NCBI GenBank assembly: GCA_036172245.1
Contig: JAYWIR010000013.1
Span: forward strand, 1,984,001-2,048,000
Length of the DNA: 64,000 nt
Direction: 5' to 3'
From: Raillietiella orientalis
Taxonomy: Eukaryota
In this document: one piece after another, positions 1 to 13,599 of the stretch
Layout: every line of letters begins with the position of its first letter
How positions within the stretch are numbered: the first letter of the stretch is position 1
Program-made: the position numbers and the translations under genes
Notes under the pieces: model-generated
Seen by the model: the letters and a program-made list of their open reading frames with translations, nothing else
The model's database searches: none
Told to the model about the DNA's origin: nothing

Positions 1-389
1 ACCTGTAGCAACAAACCGGACTACATTACGTGTAGAATCTGCACTCGGAAGTTATTTGTGTTTCTAACCTAAGCAACGAGTTTAGTAGGGTTTCCTTTTT
101 GAAATGGTTACCATGGGAAGGGCCATTTGATAGTGATATTCAGCATGAGGTGGAGTGGAAGCCCTGGTTTGGTTGCATGACGTAGAGCGCTGCTTATGGA
201 TACTTATGCTCATCGAATGGCACTGATGGGAAACTCTTTACGAGCCTATGATAGCAGTGCAAGACATGAAAGCTAACGTCAAACTCTTGTTTCATTCTTT
301 TCCTTCCCCATGACAATCTCGGATTTCGGAACATCCACTTTTTTTTTTTCCTATCAAAGCCCAACCACATTTACGGAATTTCATGGCAT

Positions 390-950
390 GCATGAGAACT
401 CGTGCCAGTGTCTTCGGAAGACAATGCAAAACTCTCTGAAAAGTCGATCACAGATCTATTATCCATAAACAGGAGCGAAAAGCCCGACCAGCCTGCAGAA
501 AATTCCCTTCCCACCGTACCGCAAACCGAACAGAACGGCGCACTTTTTGCCGCCCGAGGAGCTTCCGCGAGGAAGCCAAAACTGATTCGGTTGAAGACGC
601 GTCCCAGCTCATCACCGTGTAATGCCATCTGCCAAGTATGGCCTTGCGACGGAGGCTACAAGAAAAATTTCCACTTCACTTGATCCCTACTTTCTCTCTT
701 CCTTCATTGTGCCTCTCTGGGACTGGCGGTGTGGGCGGCCGGCGCCTACGACCCGAAAGTGGCTTCAGTAATGCCAGGTCGCATCTTTGTCTCGGTCAAA
801 TGTGGGCTGGTGAGAGGGTGCACGAGTTTCCCCCAAGTGATGTGACCAGTACTTCATTTCGCTCCCGGGACTCATCCTCGAGCAGTAGGAGGGGAAAAGG
901 GCCCGGAGTGGTTTGCCAGTTTGCACATTCTGTGGTCAAATTCACCTGAA
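390..950 (+). mobile_element. Possible decayed Penelope-like element, C-terminal part (Cys-rich linker plus GIY-YIG remnant)
   Basis: Fragments in order across frameshifts: RKPKLIRL..SPCNAICQVWPC (linker Zn-finger-like), then GVGGRRLRPESGFSNARSHL (resembles YVGxT..LxxRFxNHRS). Weak match by eye only. Confidence 0.3.
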
Positions 951-1618
951 ACCCTCGTCTAGCTTTCCGTCTTAGTCTGGTGTGTTCGATTCAATAAGTA
1001 CATGCAAACTGTATGTCCTACCCTTTTCCATAAGAAGCTTCGGACGATTGTGCACAAGACAAGAACTAGTGCATAAAAAAAAAAAAAAAAAGTCTTAACT
1101 GTCTACGCATGATTGATCATCAATTAAACAACCGACCGTTGTGAAACACTAGAGAAAGAAAATTGAGGAGTTCGCACGAATCCATGTTGTCAATCACGCA
1201 GAACATACCTACAAAGAAATAACTCATTTATACTCACATGCACACCCAAAATGTGGATATCATGTGCTCACTATGTTCTTCTGGATATGAATGTGTGCAA
1301 ATGATTATAAATTTCACAAGCCGTTTGCGTTATCCTTTGCAGGATTTTAACGTTTTATGTTCATATGTGTAGGAAATTGCTGAAAGAAAAAAAAAAAGAG
1401 TTCAAATGGAGTTGGGGCAAAATTTTCAACATATTATTTTGTGCTCAATACACCTAAATCCACAATGGCACTCCCGAAAATCGAACAACAATAACAAAAA
1501 AATCCATGAATGGTGCGAATAGACTTAAAAAGTCTTATTGCAAGACAATTCAATCTTATTTATTAAATGCTCAGTAACACAACAACAGTAAAAGTTGCTA
1601 ATCAAAATGAAACTTTAC

Positions 1619-4373
1619 TCAACTTTTTTGTAACTGCAGAAGTTTGCAAGATTCCACATAAAAAAAAAAGGATAAACCAGATGAAAGACTAGCTTTTGCA
1701 ATAGCAGGAAACGTTCCTTTGTACAGTCCAAGAAATCCTTCGAGCTGGACAACAGACTTGAAACAGTGAAGAATCCCAGAGTAGTACTTTAACTAAAATA
1801 GAGAGTTTCAAGTCACATTTTTGCATGATTTATTTCCTGAACTATTCTCTACATAGTTTATGAATCTACAAACATATTCATGTAATATATCATCTGTATA
1901 GAGGGGGGGGGAGGGGGGGGAAGGCTGCATCAGTTATGACTTTTCCCTAATCTTATGATATCACATAAATCCCAAGCTGTAGTACAATTCCAAAAGAAGG
2001 TAATTATCGGAAATAACAAGTAATCATGAAGATTTTCAGGCACAATGCAATTACCTTTCCAAATAGACTCAAAGCTTCTTGAAAACCTTGAACTTGTAAT
2101 CTTTTCTTCACCAGATCTATGGGTAGAACTATCATCTTTGCACCCATGCCTGCAAAAGAACCAAAAACAAAAGAATGTGCACTTGAATCTTCTGACATTG
2201 CTGAAATGGGCCTCATTAAATTTTATTTCAAACTTTTTTCAAAGTTTACTTTTGTTTCGCATTATCAAAGGAAGCAGAGAAAATAATCCAAATTGGCAGC
2301 CTGTCTGCAAGGATACCAAAAGCAAGCTGGCATTTAGACCTCTGTAGAATGTCCTAATTTTTTCCTCTCGATACATTTCACTAATTGCATGAAAAATGCT
2401 TCTGTAAATCTGAATACTTTTCATTCCCATTTAAATATAGATACCTCACTTTGAACCTTTGCTTTCTCTTGAGCAATAAGTCGAGTTCTCATTGTATCAA
2501 AGGGGAAGGAAATCAAACTAGCAAAAGACCCTGCTACCATCCCACAAATCAAATGGTAGGCTGGCTTGAATTCATGAGTCAAAACACTTGGAGCCAATGA
2601 AGTAAATATTTTAGTCAACATCTCAAATGATGTGAACTGTAAAATAAGAGCAACACATTGACCTTTCTGTCAAATATAACCTATGGTTCTTACCTGAACA
2701 AAAGTGTAAGAGATAGACAAACACTGGGCACTCAAGTGACCTTTCCAGAGGCCAGTGATGCCTTCAGATCGGTAAATTTTATTAATGGAATGCAAAACAC
2801 CATGGTACTTCCCAGTTGAGTTCTTACAAATTGGCTGCACTTGCAGCTACAATACAGATAATGAGTCTTAAGTCTTTTAGAGATGTTCAAATGTGCATTC
2901 ACCAGCATACACAAAAAACAACAGTTAACAGCTGGAACCCCCAGTTTGTTGCTGTTTTCATTTGCAATATGGTTTGGTTAAAGGCACTGAGATATGCATG
3001 TCTATGCTACCATATTTTTTATAATATGGTTTATGTGAAAATGCTGCTGGACACATGAAAATAAACATCCTAAAATCCATAACAGCATGCAAAGGGGAAA
3101 ATTTCATAAGTATTTGTGAATTATTGATGATAAAACTAGGAAATCATCATCACAATATTTCCAATCCCAAAATACAATGGAAAAACTTTTCAGAAGTGCC
3201 TAAGATCAACAATTTCTGTACATACTACAATAAATTCTAAATATGCACAAGAAACGCATTTTATCTGAAGAGGAACACTGTCATATACATTTACAAAACA
3301 TATAAGTAAAAAAAACTTCTACAGGGTACGACACATGAACGGAAAATAATATTAATAGTAGTTTAAGTAATTTAAAGAATTCAATGGAAAGTAAATCCGG
3401 AAAATCCCAATTCAATCACAATTCATTTTCTTTCCACCGGTGCAAACACTAATTCAGTCACTGACAGCTTGGAATAAATACATTAAACCGTTTTAACATT
3501 GGGAGGTACTCATGTATACATTATGATCTTTCTACCTTAAAGATATCAAGACAATTTGATACCTTTAACTCCTCTTAAACAGCACAGATTCTTACTCTTT
3601 CAAATAAGGAAACGTTTATTTTCTTAGTCATTATTAAAATGCAAATTCAGGTTGCACCACTCCTTTCCTGCTTAATAAATACAAACAAGCAGAAGCTCTG
3701 AATTAGACCGTGCACAGAAGACTCGAAAATTCAACCGTTTTCTTATGGCTACCCTTCACCGCCTCGGCTGAAATCTTATAATAATTTTTATGCATACAAT
3801 TATCTTGGAATGGCATGTGCTCGAGGAAAGCGAGAAATTGGCACTTTTATTCGTTTTTGCTCCGCGGTGGGACGATAGGGCTACCCAACGTTCCCTACCA
3901 CAGCAATGGGTCCCGTAGAACCGTCTTCAACTTGATCACCATCGAGATCTTTTGGAATGAGACACAACTGATGCACCCGGGTGTAAACGAATTCTTTGCC
4001 CTCGACCAAAAAATTGCTCACGGAGACTCTGCTTTTGAGACCACTGTTTTCCCACGAGTTAAGCCGGGGACTGCTGCCAACACTTGTACACAAACACTCC
4101 ATCATTATGCCTTCTGGCAGCATTATGCATAAAAGGCATCGAAAAAAAAAACAAAATCAAAACAGCGTTCGATAACTATTAACAGATGTAAACGTCATCC
4201 GTGAAAATGAACTCATCCACAAACATCGCATACATGCTCACTTGGAAGCTAATCTTCAAAACATCAAATGGGTGACAGATGATTCTTGTCCCGAAGCCAC
4301 TCACAGCACCGGCAATCCCATATTCTACACTTGAAAGGTTCTTGTCTGCCGATGCCGAATCAAATCCAACCAT
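1619..4373 (-). CDS. SLC25A19: Mitochondrial thiamine pyrophosphate carrier (SLC25A19/Tpc1), 314 aa
   Basis: Exons (minus): 4373-4242, 2846-2694, 2636-2457, 2409-2250, 2200-2055, 1792-1619. All introns are GT-AG and phase-consistent; 945 nt ending in TGA. N-terminus MVGFD, three carrier signatures (PFDVLKI, PFDTMRTR, PIDLVKKR), and the TPC-typical motifs LWKGHxxAQ and KKRLQVQGF. Confidence 0.95.
3860..4130 (+). mobile_element. Penelope-like RT fragment inside SLC25A19 intron 1, antisense to host
   Basis: VFNLITIEIFWNE..FFALDQKIAHGDSAFETTVFPRVKP matches the PLE RT segment FNxxxxxIxFTxE..FLDxxIxxxxxxFxTxVYxKP. Confidence 0.5.
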
Positions 4374-4629
4374 GTTCACATGAGAACTTCCTCGAAGTAC
4401 CGACGAGCGACGGGGTGCATGCAGCTTCCCTTTAAACTACGGCTTCCCTACTTCCCTTTGCTCCTTCCTCCCATTGACTGAAACGTCGAGGTGACCCGAA
4501 GGTTGCTGCCAGCACGCGACTCTATTCCTAGGGATCCTGCTGGCGCGACCTGCAGTTTCGTAGAGGTTTCCGTGACCTTCCGGTATCCTCTGTCGGGTCA
4601 ACCACGTGCCTCAGGTGCTGCCTTCCTCG

Positions 4630-4860
4630 CGCTGCAATTACCCAAATCAACTGCAAAACGTCGAAAACACGGGAAACATCATTGGTAAGAGGACGAGGAG
4701 CAGAGAACCACATCGTATGGGGATAATGACGAAACCCAGATACGGAAGTGCATCAGCTGATGTTTCCTGACGACTCAGTTTACCATTCCAGACTAAGAGA
4801 AATGCTTGTGATTCATCGTACCTCAGAGACACACTTCTTTGAAGCCTTCCAATAAAGTTC
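4630..4860 (+). mobile_element. Possible Penelope-like N-terminal (ADKG-region) remnant
   Basis: ENTGNIIGKRTRS..MGIMTKPRY, then in a shifted frame HQLMFPDDSVYHSRL. Resembles NxxIIIxxADKG..VIMxKxxY..LxDxxxYxxL. Confidence 0.3.
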
Positions 4861-5479
4861 AACCAGCATCGGCAGGTGGAGGAGGTTTCTTTAAATTGAA
4901 ACACGGTTCGATAAGATAGTAAGAGAAATAAAGCGGGTACGAAGAAACCAAAGGTTTAGAATGTGTTTACTGTAATAAAAGAAGGAAAACTCAAAGATAG
5001 AAAAAAGAAAATTATGGATCCTGGAACCATGGGTTGGAGGCGATGACCACAAATTCAACACATTTGCAGATCTCATTATTGACAATTTTAAAAGAAACAG
5101 GGAACGATTGTAGGGAATAGTTCTCTCTCTAAAACATTGGAAACTTGTAGTGAAATTCTGAACGTAAGGAGCCTCAGACCTTGAGAAAAAGGAAAGAGGG
5201 AAAGAGAAATGAAGTGTTTGCTGTTTTCAAATGTAACGATTCGATTGCATTCTGTTTTAGAGTTCTCCCAAAAAAGAGGTAAGAAGAAAAAAAAGGACTA
5301 GAATTTTTCAAGGCAATGATAGAAATGCTTCAAATAAATCCAGTTTCAAATGATTACTGATGTAAGAATGAAAATAATGAGTAGTGGATGAGAAGCGACT
5401 AATCAAGATGCAATAAAGTACTGCAGTGCCAGAATAACAAGGTCCGAATTTCTTCTAGGTTGTTTTTTATTCTTAAAGA

Positions 5480-7000
5480 AAGATGATTTTCTGGCTTAAA
5501 CTTCCGCTGCATACAAATCTTCATCAGACAAATGATGGCAAAGTATGCTGTATATTTTAAACGATCATGGCGGATGATGAGAACCAGAATGACCAATATT
5601 AAATCAAATATTGGTTCTCACAGCTTTCAATGTCTGTTCGAGCATGTTGGATGGAGGTTCTTATTTATATTAGTTATAACGTATCAATCCTCTTTACATG
5701 CAAAAAATAATAAAGAGATGTCTTCTTATTCCCTGAATTGAGTATCCGTAAAATTCGTATTCGCTTCTTCGTGGTGTTCTTTCAGTACAGGTAGGAAGAG
5801 AAAGACGTAAGAATTTCGAACTTCTTGGCATTTATGGAAGGAAAGGAAACTCACATACATACCAATAGATACATCAAGACCTACAATGACATCTTGCGAT
5901 TTTTATTGTCACCACTGTTGATTAAACTACCTGGTTGAATTTTGATACGAATGGAAAAGATGCTCAACCTTTAGTAGGTGACACTTTGCAAAATGGAAAC
6001 ATCATCTAATTTTGATTTCACATTTGGATTTTTTTTTTTTTTTTGAATGGAATGAGTGTACATAAATCAGTAAGATGCAGTAAAACCAGTGTAGTTCTTC
6101 AGTGAGGTGGGGGGGGGGGAGAAGCAACAACAGTGGCACCTGTCTTCATCAAAGACAAGATCTCCGAAATCCACATCTCAAATCCATTTTTCTGAGACTC
6201 TGTGCTTCCTTTTGAATAGTTGTTTTGATTCATAGACTGCTTAGCAAGAAACAGGATATAAGGTGGATATAACGTCCTCACTTTGATCAGAAGAATTGGG
6301 CAGATGTATAGGTCTATGGGAAAGCAAGAAATTGTAATAGCATGCTTAATTGATAGCATGAACTCACAAAGAACTACATAGCAATTTGTGCCTAGTAGAT
6401 CAGAGGGCATTAGCCCGTGTTTCCGCTTGAAAGGAAAATCCATGCTTTGCCCATGAAAGGGCTGGCTCATGTAACCATACATTTGGCTCGTTCTCAAATA
6501 GCTCAGAAAGATAAAGATACCAGAATGATATGGGGAGAATAAATCAGCGGTGCTTAATTGATAGACAATATCTTTCCTTTTAATTACTTCAAGCTCATGG
6601 CGTCACAATCGTCTGACTGTACTTCGAATTTCATAAAACTACGTGATCTTACAAGGTGAAGCAAATGGATGGTTGTGGTGAGTTAGAGACCGGGCTTGCT
6701 CAATTCACTGGAGGTACGGCGTCGATGACTCAGTCTGCAAGACCGAACACTCAAATGAAGTAAGCAAATTGAGTGTGATTTGCAGAGGGCAAGAGGAGGG
6801 CAAGAGTTGCAGCGGTCTCATTCAGCAGGCAGTAACTATTGCATTGGAAACGGGATCAGGTGAAAATTCTGTAAGCTTTCCAAAAAGCCAAAGACTGCCG
6901 AGACAGCATCCATTATCGGTGATTTGATAAAATGAGCAGCTTTTACGGGACTCGCTGTTCCACTCAAACTCGGACTCCTATCCTTGCACGTTTGTGGATC
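5480..7000 (+). mobile_element. Decayed Penelope-like element, RT region
   Basis: Motifs in expected order with stops and frameshifts: SDK (~5520), LTYIPIDTSRPT (~5850), IACLIDSMNSQ (motif A-like, ~6340), MG..IS (motif B-like, ~6530), WRYGVDDSV (YVDD, 6709-6735), VTIALE..SVSF, KKP, KMSSFYG..CST (thumb). Confidence 0.55.
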
Positions 7001-7259
7001 ACGCAAGTTGCACCATGGTGCTGGAACTTACCGTGAGGAAACCAGGAAAAGTGCTCCAGTGTCTGGTCATGAAGGCAAGATCAGGAAGATCATCCGCAGG
7101 CGTACTTGTAAAACTTGCCCCCTCCCCCCCCCCCCCACTGTGAGGTTGATTGACTTGTAACAGAGTGCTAATTTTATCAAAGTATCTTCTCCAGTTAAAA
7201 TGCCTCCTTAACAGCTTTTTTTTTTCTGCAGATGCCGCAGCAATTGCCACGAATTCGCC

Positions 7260-7900
7260 ATTTAAAGGAAGGAAAGAAAGAAAAACATACGATACGGCTT
7301 TTAAAGAAAAGTCCCTTCATTTGTTATGTCGGGTGGACATGAATGGTCAAGAGCACAGTGTATTGTGTAGCACTCACGAGCAGCTGGGTAGCATTAGATG
7401 CCATTTATAATGGCGTCTGTACGTGTGGATACGATGGACATATGAATGCATGCGAACAGGGACCGATCTTGTTTGCGTGTTCTTTTCCTAAAAATCGAAT
7501 TTCCTTCCCACCTCGCCGCTATGGTAACCGGACCTCACTCTGAACATAGACTGGTAGCTTAGTTATCCGACGCTGACCATATCCACGTTCGACCGTCTCA
7601 ACGAGTCGTGGTCATCTCTGCACACGGAGCCGTTTCGATTGCCTAGCACCCGATATTTTAACGAACCGTTAAAAGGTTCCCGAGGTGCTTCCAAAAGCTC
7701 CGACACCCGGCTGACTCGCAGCCGTAGTTCCATTCGCACCTTTCCGGTTCGAGCAAAGGAGCACCAAATGCTGCGAACACTTCAGCAGCCTCGGGAAGAC
7801 GCAGCCCTCGATCCGTAACGTCTGGGTGCAAAGAACTTGGCACGCGGCACTGCCTTTCACGACGCGTGCCATTCGTCTCCATAAATCAACCCGTGCCCGC
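7260..7900 (+). mobile_element. Decayed Penelope-like thumb plus GIY-YIG remnant
   Basis: RA..VLCST.EQL..LDAIYNGVCTCGYD (RAxxxCS..ELxxI..NGYP-like, across frameshifts) and SIRTFPVRAKEH at ~7730-7764 (TxRxLxxRxxEH of GIY-YIG). Confidence 0.45.
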
Positions 7901-7999
7901 AGGCATTTTATTTTTCTACAGCGCCCGCACTTGGTCGCAGGCTGAGTCATCGCGTTTCATCAGTTTCATCCGATAGCTGCTTCGCGGTTCCCCACTTCC

Positions 8000-9090
8000 A
8001 CTCGATTACACAACACGCAAAACCAGGGACGGGTGAAGATGCAACCGGCTGCTTGCATGCCTGGGCCTGGCACCGGACGATCCTAAGCTTCGACCTCCCA
8101 TTCGTTGCTGCCAGAAACTCTTACGCATGGTAAACACACAAACACCGAAGCCATAACCTGCTGGGTTATGCTCAATGCAAAGTGCCAATCATTCAACTTT
8201 GGAAACTGCACACGTAGATCCACGTAGATCTCGAAAATTCGTGCCTAGACTACACCGGGTCTCCATCCCGATAATGAGATGCTATCGTTTCTATGACGCG
8301 TGATTTGGAGCATCTGTCCGGAGTGAAAGGCACATTTTGTTGCCGTGGTCACTGGAGCTCTATTTAATGGACTCCCAATTGGATGCATCGAAGCTGCCGA
8401 AATTTTCGGTTCCCATTTTCTTCTTTTTTGTTTCTGTTTTCTGAACGCTGGAATCATCCACAGAAACAAAGCCACAGCTACGGAAGAACTTTGCTTCATA
8501 ATTGAGGCCTGAGCATCGTACTAGGCATCGCAATTCCAGGCTAACCATCAAATGGAAGCAAAACAGCTTCGTGGCAACCAGAGACCGATTCAGGATCTCC
8601 TCCTTCCAGAAACTTTTATCGAAAAACCACCAATGATCCACACACCACAACAGGAGGTGCAGTGATAGAGAACGAGGAGCTGCACGGCAGCCTATTCGTG
8701 TCAGAACTTCCACATTTACCACAAAAGTGTACCGAAAGAACTCTGTTGTCAACCTAGGATCCACAGACTTGAATCCCATTTCTGGAGAAACCCATGTCCC
8801 CATTATTTTCACTTACGTAATTCACGCTGAAAGTTCAATAACGGTCCATTATTTTCTTTTGTGAAAATATTGAAATGCGGGTTTCACGTGTTTCACGTGG
8901 TAGTTGAGGAATACATCGTACTGCCTCGAAGTAGCAGCAGCAACTTCAACATGTGGGCACATTTTTACTGCTCGAATAAGGGTCCACATCACACTTTTTC
9001 CATGCCGTATCTTAGTTATCGGATTGTACGATTGGTGTACACGCGACACTTGATGTACACAGATCACGAACACGAGCATGACAAATGACA
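8000..9090 (-). mobile_element. Decayed Penelope-like element RT, convergent with the plus-strand relic
   Basis: Ordered motifs: HVKHVKP (PKxHKP-like), VVNVEVLTRI (motif A-like), LLWCVDHWWFFDKSFWK..SLVATKLFCFHLMVSLE (motif B region), FVSVDDS (VDD at 8453-8461), NWESIK, AGYG. Confidence 0.6.
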
Positions 9091-9326
9091 CGTAAAGACT
9101 TGAATTTGGAATTTTCTTAGAATTCGAAATTACCGATGGGGTTCGAAATTAAACGGCGGAATTGGGCGCTATGCATTCGTTTATTAGGAGATAAATGTGG
9201 GAGAAAAAATGACTAGACTTTCGTTCTTGGGCATTTAGGAAGTCTGGATTTCATATTTCATTCTTTTCGTCTTTATTCTCATTGAGAATCTGATATTACA
9301 TTTCGAAACCTAATAAGAAAAGAAAA

Positions 9327-12300
9327 TCAACCAGCGCTGAATTCGTGTTCGGCTTTCTTCTCTATTTGAGTATGCACAAACAAGGTTGCTGGGAATAATG
9401 AATTCCCCATGTCATCTTCCAAATGAATGTGACAATAACCTACACAAATAAAAGTAAATAAAGATTACTATAAATGAAGAATTACATACCAGACTGCATA
9501 CTGATAAAGGAAAGCCCATAAGTGCCTAACATTTTATTAACTGATTTGTTGCTGAAATCCTTCACTGTGAAAAGCAGCAAAGCTAATTCAGGTACATGAA
9601 GATCAAAAGTGAATACACTATTCCACTGTGGATTAAAGCCTAGATCAACGGAAAAATTGAAGGTACAGAAAAACGTGTCTACACACCATTATTATGTACA
9701 TAATGAGTATGAAATTTTTTACGATCTTTATCATGGCCTTCGATTTCTATTATTACATAAGGATCCACTATTTCTCCTTCTAATGACTGATTTGGTTTTG
9801 GTATGCATTGCCCACTGATGATTTTTAATGTGACGCAGATGACTCTATGTTCAAGCTGCTTAGGTTCACAATATGAATTGAAAACATACTCTCTTGATAG
9901 TTCCTGTCCTTCTCTGTAAGTATCGCTGCATAGAAAATCAGGTTTGAGGACAAAACCACACATCCCATTATCCCGGAATCTTGCTTGATGCAGCTGCATG
10001 GCTTTACCAGGTGTTTGAAAATTAAGAGCCACTAAAATTTAATAAATCAAAGTTGCCTTGATGTGTTCCACCGTGTTTGTTTGTTTTTTCCTTTTACCAA
10101 GTTGACATCCCACATTCCAGTAAGGTACAGGATTGTAATTGCTTGAGCTTGTACGTAAACATGAAGGATAGATTCGTGACAAATGGCGAGAATTGTGGCG
10201 GATAAATGATTCTTTTTGATTCAGAATCAATTTTTCTGCCTTTTTCTCATTAAAGGATGACATGTGATAGCATTTTCCTAAAGTTAACATAGTTGCATTT
10301 GTGACAGGTGCATGCCTCTTTACCTTTATTTTTGGAATACTCAAAGTTATGAAAAGGTACAGCCTGACATACATTCACAAGGTCAGATAATTCTGGAGCA
10401 ACCGCCTAATAATTGGCTAGTTTGTATAGACAGTTACATAAAAAGGTATTACCTTAGATGCTAAGAAATTTTCTTTAGCAGAATCTACATTAAAATCAGC
10501 AACATTATTTTGAGGTTGTCCCTTTTCTGCAGAAGGCATTTTTTTTGCCTGAAAAATGGTGAATGGTAAACATTATAGAAGGAGAATGAAGAATAACTGA
10601 AGACAAATAGGAGAATAAAAGCAAAATTTGAAAAAAAAAAAAAAAAAACTCACTTTAATAAGGACTAGATTCTGCAATTTTTGTGGTGATGGAAGTGCAA
10701 GAAGGTGATCTACTTCATCTTCATATAACTTTGCTACGACAAATTATGGTAACTCATCGAATTCGAAATACTCACATTTAAGACATGTGCTCAAAATAAC
10801 AGCAATTTTTTTCTGTTGTTCTTCCTTGCAATGCATTTCCAATGAAAGAATAAGGGGATAGGAAGAACATACAAATCCGTAATTTTGAATAGCATCTTGA
10901 ATAACATCTTGAAAAAGAATCTTTGACACTAATGTATGCCCATGATAAACTATTGGTTCATTTCTTTCTTCATCATCCCAACAATCCACTAGATTTTGAG
11001 TAAATAAACTTAGGTCAAAAAAAAACACTGAACTTGAACAAAATAATGACAAAACTAAATTACGTTAGTTAACACTAAAGCAAAGCCATTACTAGAGTGA
11101 AACTACTCACACTCTATACATTTACATCCTGCCTGTAAGGCTTTAATATAACCTTCTATGCTGCTTTTACCACATAACTGGTTGGAAGTCAAATAGCTAA
11201 TAGAAACAGAAAGCTCACACAACAGAAATTGCAAAGTGACTAATAGTTGTGACTACAGTTGGAATTCAAATAATTGTCCTTACGTATTATGGGATGCAGA
11301 TATATAGTAGTATGCTAATGGCTTATCCATATCTTGGTGAATGCAAAGATGATTTGGATTGAAGATGTTGAATGTACTGGACAGCAGCAGTCTTTGAAAG
11401 CCTGAATTTGTGAAGCAAATACACAAAACTGTAGTAAATTGCTGAGGAACATGATTTTGTTCCTATGCACCAAATGCTTTATTTTAAAAACAAACTAAGG
11501 AGCAGTTTTTCTACAGGTGAAAATCAACACATAAATTTCTCAAATAAATTCACAATCAATAACAGAAAAGCAATCTTAAAAATGCGTCTGTGCCAGCACA
11601 TGACAGCATACAAGACACTTTAGTTCTAGAACATTTAAAAATCTTATTAATTAGAAGTATAAAAGATTTAATTTTAGATTTTACGTGGCGAATGTGTAAA
11701 TACATCCTTGGATATATCTAATAATAGCCACATTATCCTCGCAATGTTACAAATGTAATTGACAACTGATTATAGCAGAACATACCATCAATAGTGAGAA
11801 ATGCTTCTTCATTTTTTAAATCAGACTGCTCAAACTTTCCCATGAGGGCTTCACATTCTGATGTGGATAACTCAAGTTGTTTGTCCTTGAGCAAGAACTG
11901 CTGTAAATCAACAGCATTCATCATCATCCCATCATTGGTGAATCTGTATCAACAAGCATAGCAAGAGTTTTTTAGTTAGTTGCTAATTGTGTGCTCGTAT
12001 TTTTTAAACAACAAAATATGCAGAAATCACACACCTAGAATATATCTCCGCAATATCTTCACGTCTACTCAAGGAATTGTATAATTTCAAAAAGCATGGA
12101 AAGTTTACTCTTTTGTCATTTCCACAATCTTTACAAACCACCTACACATGAACACTACATGAGATTCAGTGGAAATAACAACATATCAAAAGTTGGGAGT
12201 TTCATTCAGTTAGAAACATTAAATAAATGAAATCTCTAATAAACTTTCTACATGGAAAACTTGCAACGCATTTTCTATATTGTAAAGTCAAACCATTGTT

Positions 12301-13507
12301 AACACTAAAAATTACAATATACATTGATGTGTGTCAGTTAGAAGTTATAGACACATAATGTACAATTTTTTTTGAAAAACTCATCTAGAGAAAAATCTAG
12401 TTAAAACCACGCAAAGCGTACAACAAGTCTTGAAACTTTAAAGCTTAATGCTACTAACATATTAATCACATCAAATTTGAGAAAATCATAGATTTATATT
12501 ACTTGCATGGAATATGCCTTTTAAGCTCAGTAAGTATACTTTTTTCTCATTTGGACATATTAAGAAATATCATATGCAACTCCCTCAGAAACCAAAAATC
12601 TTTTTTTTTAATGCTTACATCAAATAGTGTTTTACAATATTGTTTACTTATGAATACATTTAATGTTTTTAAAAGCTTCCAACATTTTTCAAAATTTATT
12701 GTCTCTGTCTGTGTGACTATTTGAAACTTCTCTTGGAGCCATTGCTGATATCTCTTTGTAATTTCTGCTGATTGATTCAGGGAAATTTGTTTTTTAATGA
12801 TATGCACCCATTTATTTCTCACAGTTTCAGATGTTGTCACAAAATTCATTGATTTATTACGTTCGAAAATGATAGAAAAGCACATATTCTCAGTCAAACT
12901 ACTTTGCATTCCTCTCTTTTGTTTGTATGTCATACTATCAATTATTTTATTCAAGGTATCTGTTTTGCAGCCATCTCTTACATCTTTTATTTTGCTCATA
13001 TCAACTTGAAAACAAAAATAAAAGCCACAACGTTACAATATTTCTGGTGAAAAACGTTCTGCAAAAATCATAAAACAATAATAAAGTAACATGATAACAG
13101 AGAAGTATGAAATTTCACCAAGAAAAAACCTGTACAAAAAAAAGCATGTGTACCAAAAATAAATCAAAGTGATCAATCATTTAATCTTAAACCAAATACT
13201 TAATATGTATCTGGATTTGCACAATTTAAAAGGCAATCTGCTATTAATTAAATTGGCAACTATTGTGCTGAGGCAAGAATGTATCAAAAACATCAAAATT
13301 TCGTACTGAGCACTTTCTCTATTTCTACACAAAATGAAATAGTTCCTTTATCTTAATAATAACATGCTTACTTATTTTTTTCGGAATCCAGAATTTGCTC
13401 TGAACACGTTTCTGATATATTAGTCCTTTTTCATTATCTAGCAGTAAAATTCTTTTGTGCCACTTCTTTCCTTTTATTTTCCACATTACATTTTCATACG
13501 TTTCCAT
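9327..13507 (-). CDS. PLCD: Phosphoinositide phospholipase C, delta-type (PH-EF-X-Y-C2), 749 aa from ATG 13507
   Basis: Exons (minus): 13507-13372, 13004-12619, 12141-12035, 11943-11786, 11401-11284, 11196-11111, 10988-10776, 10733-10654, 10548-10453, 10405-10324, 10277-10098, 10031-9687, 9639-9490, 9439-9327. All GT-AG and phase-consistent; 2250 nt. Motifs [79 protein letters not shown]. No C-terminal coiled coil, SH2 or RA domain. Confidence 0.93.
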
Positions 13508-13599
13508 GATGTGATAGTTTAAATATTTTGCGCTGAAACATCATAAATACAAATATCCTGCTTCGTGATTATAAGCAAGCTCGCTATCTGCTTTGAAGC

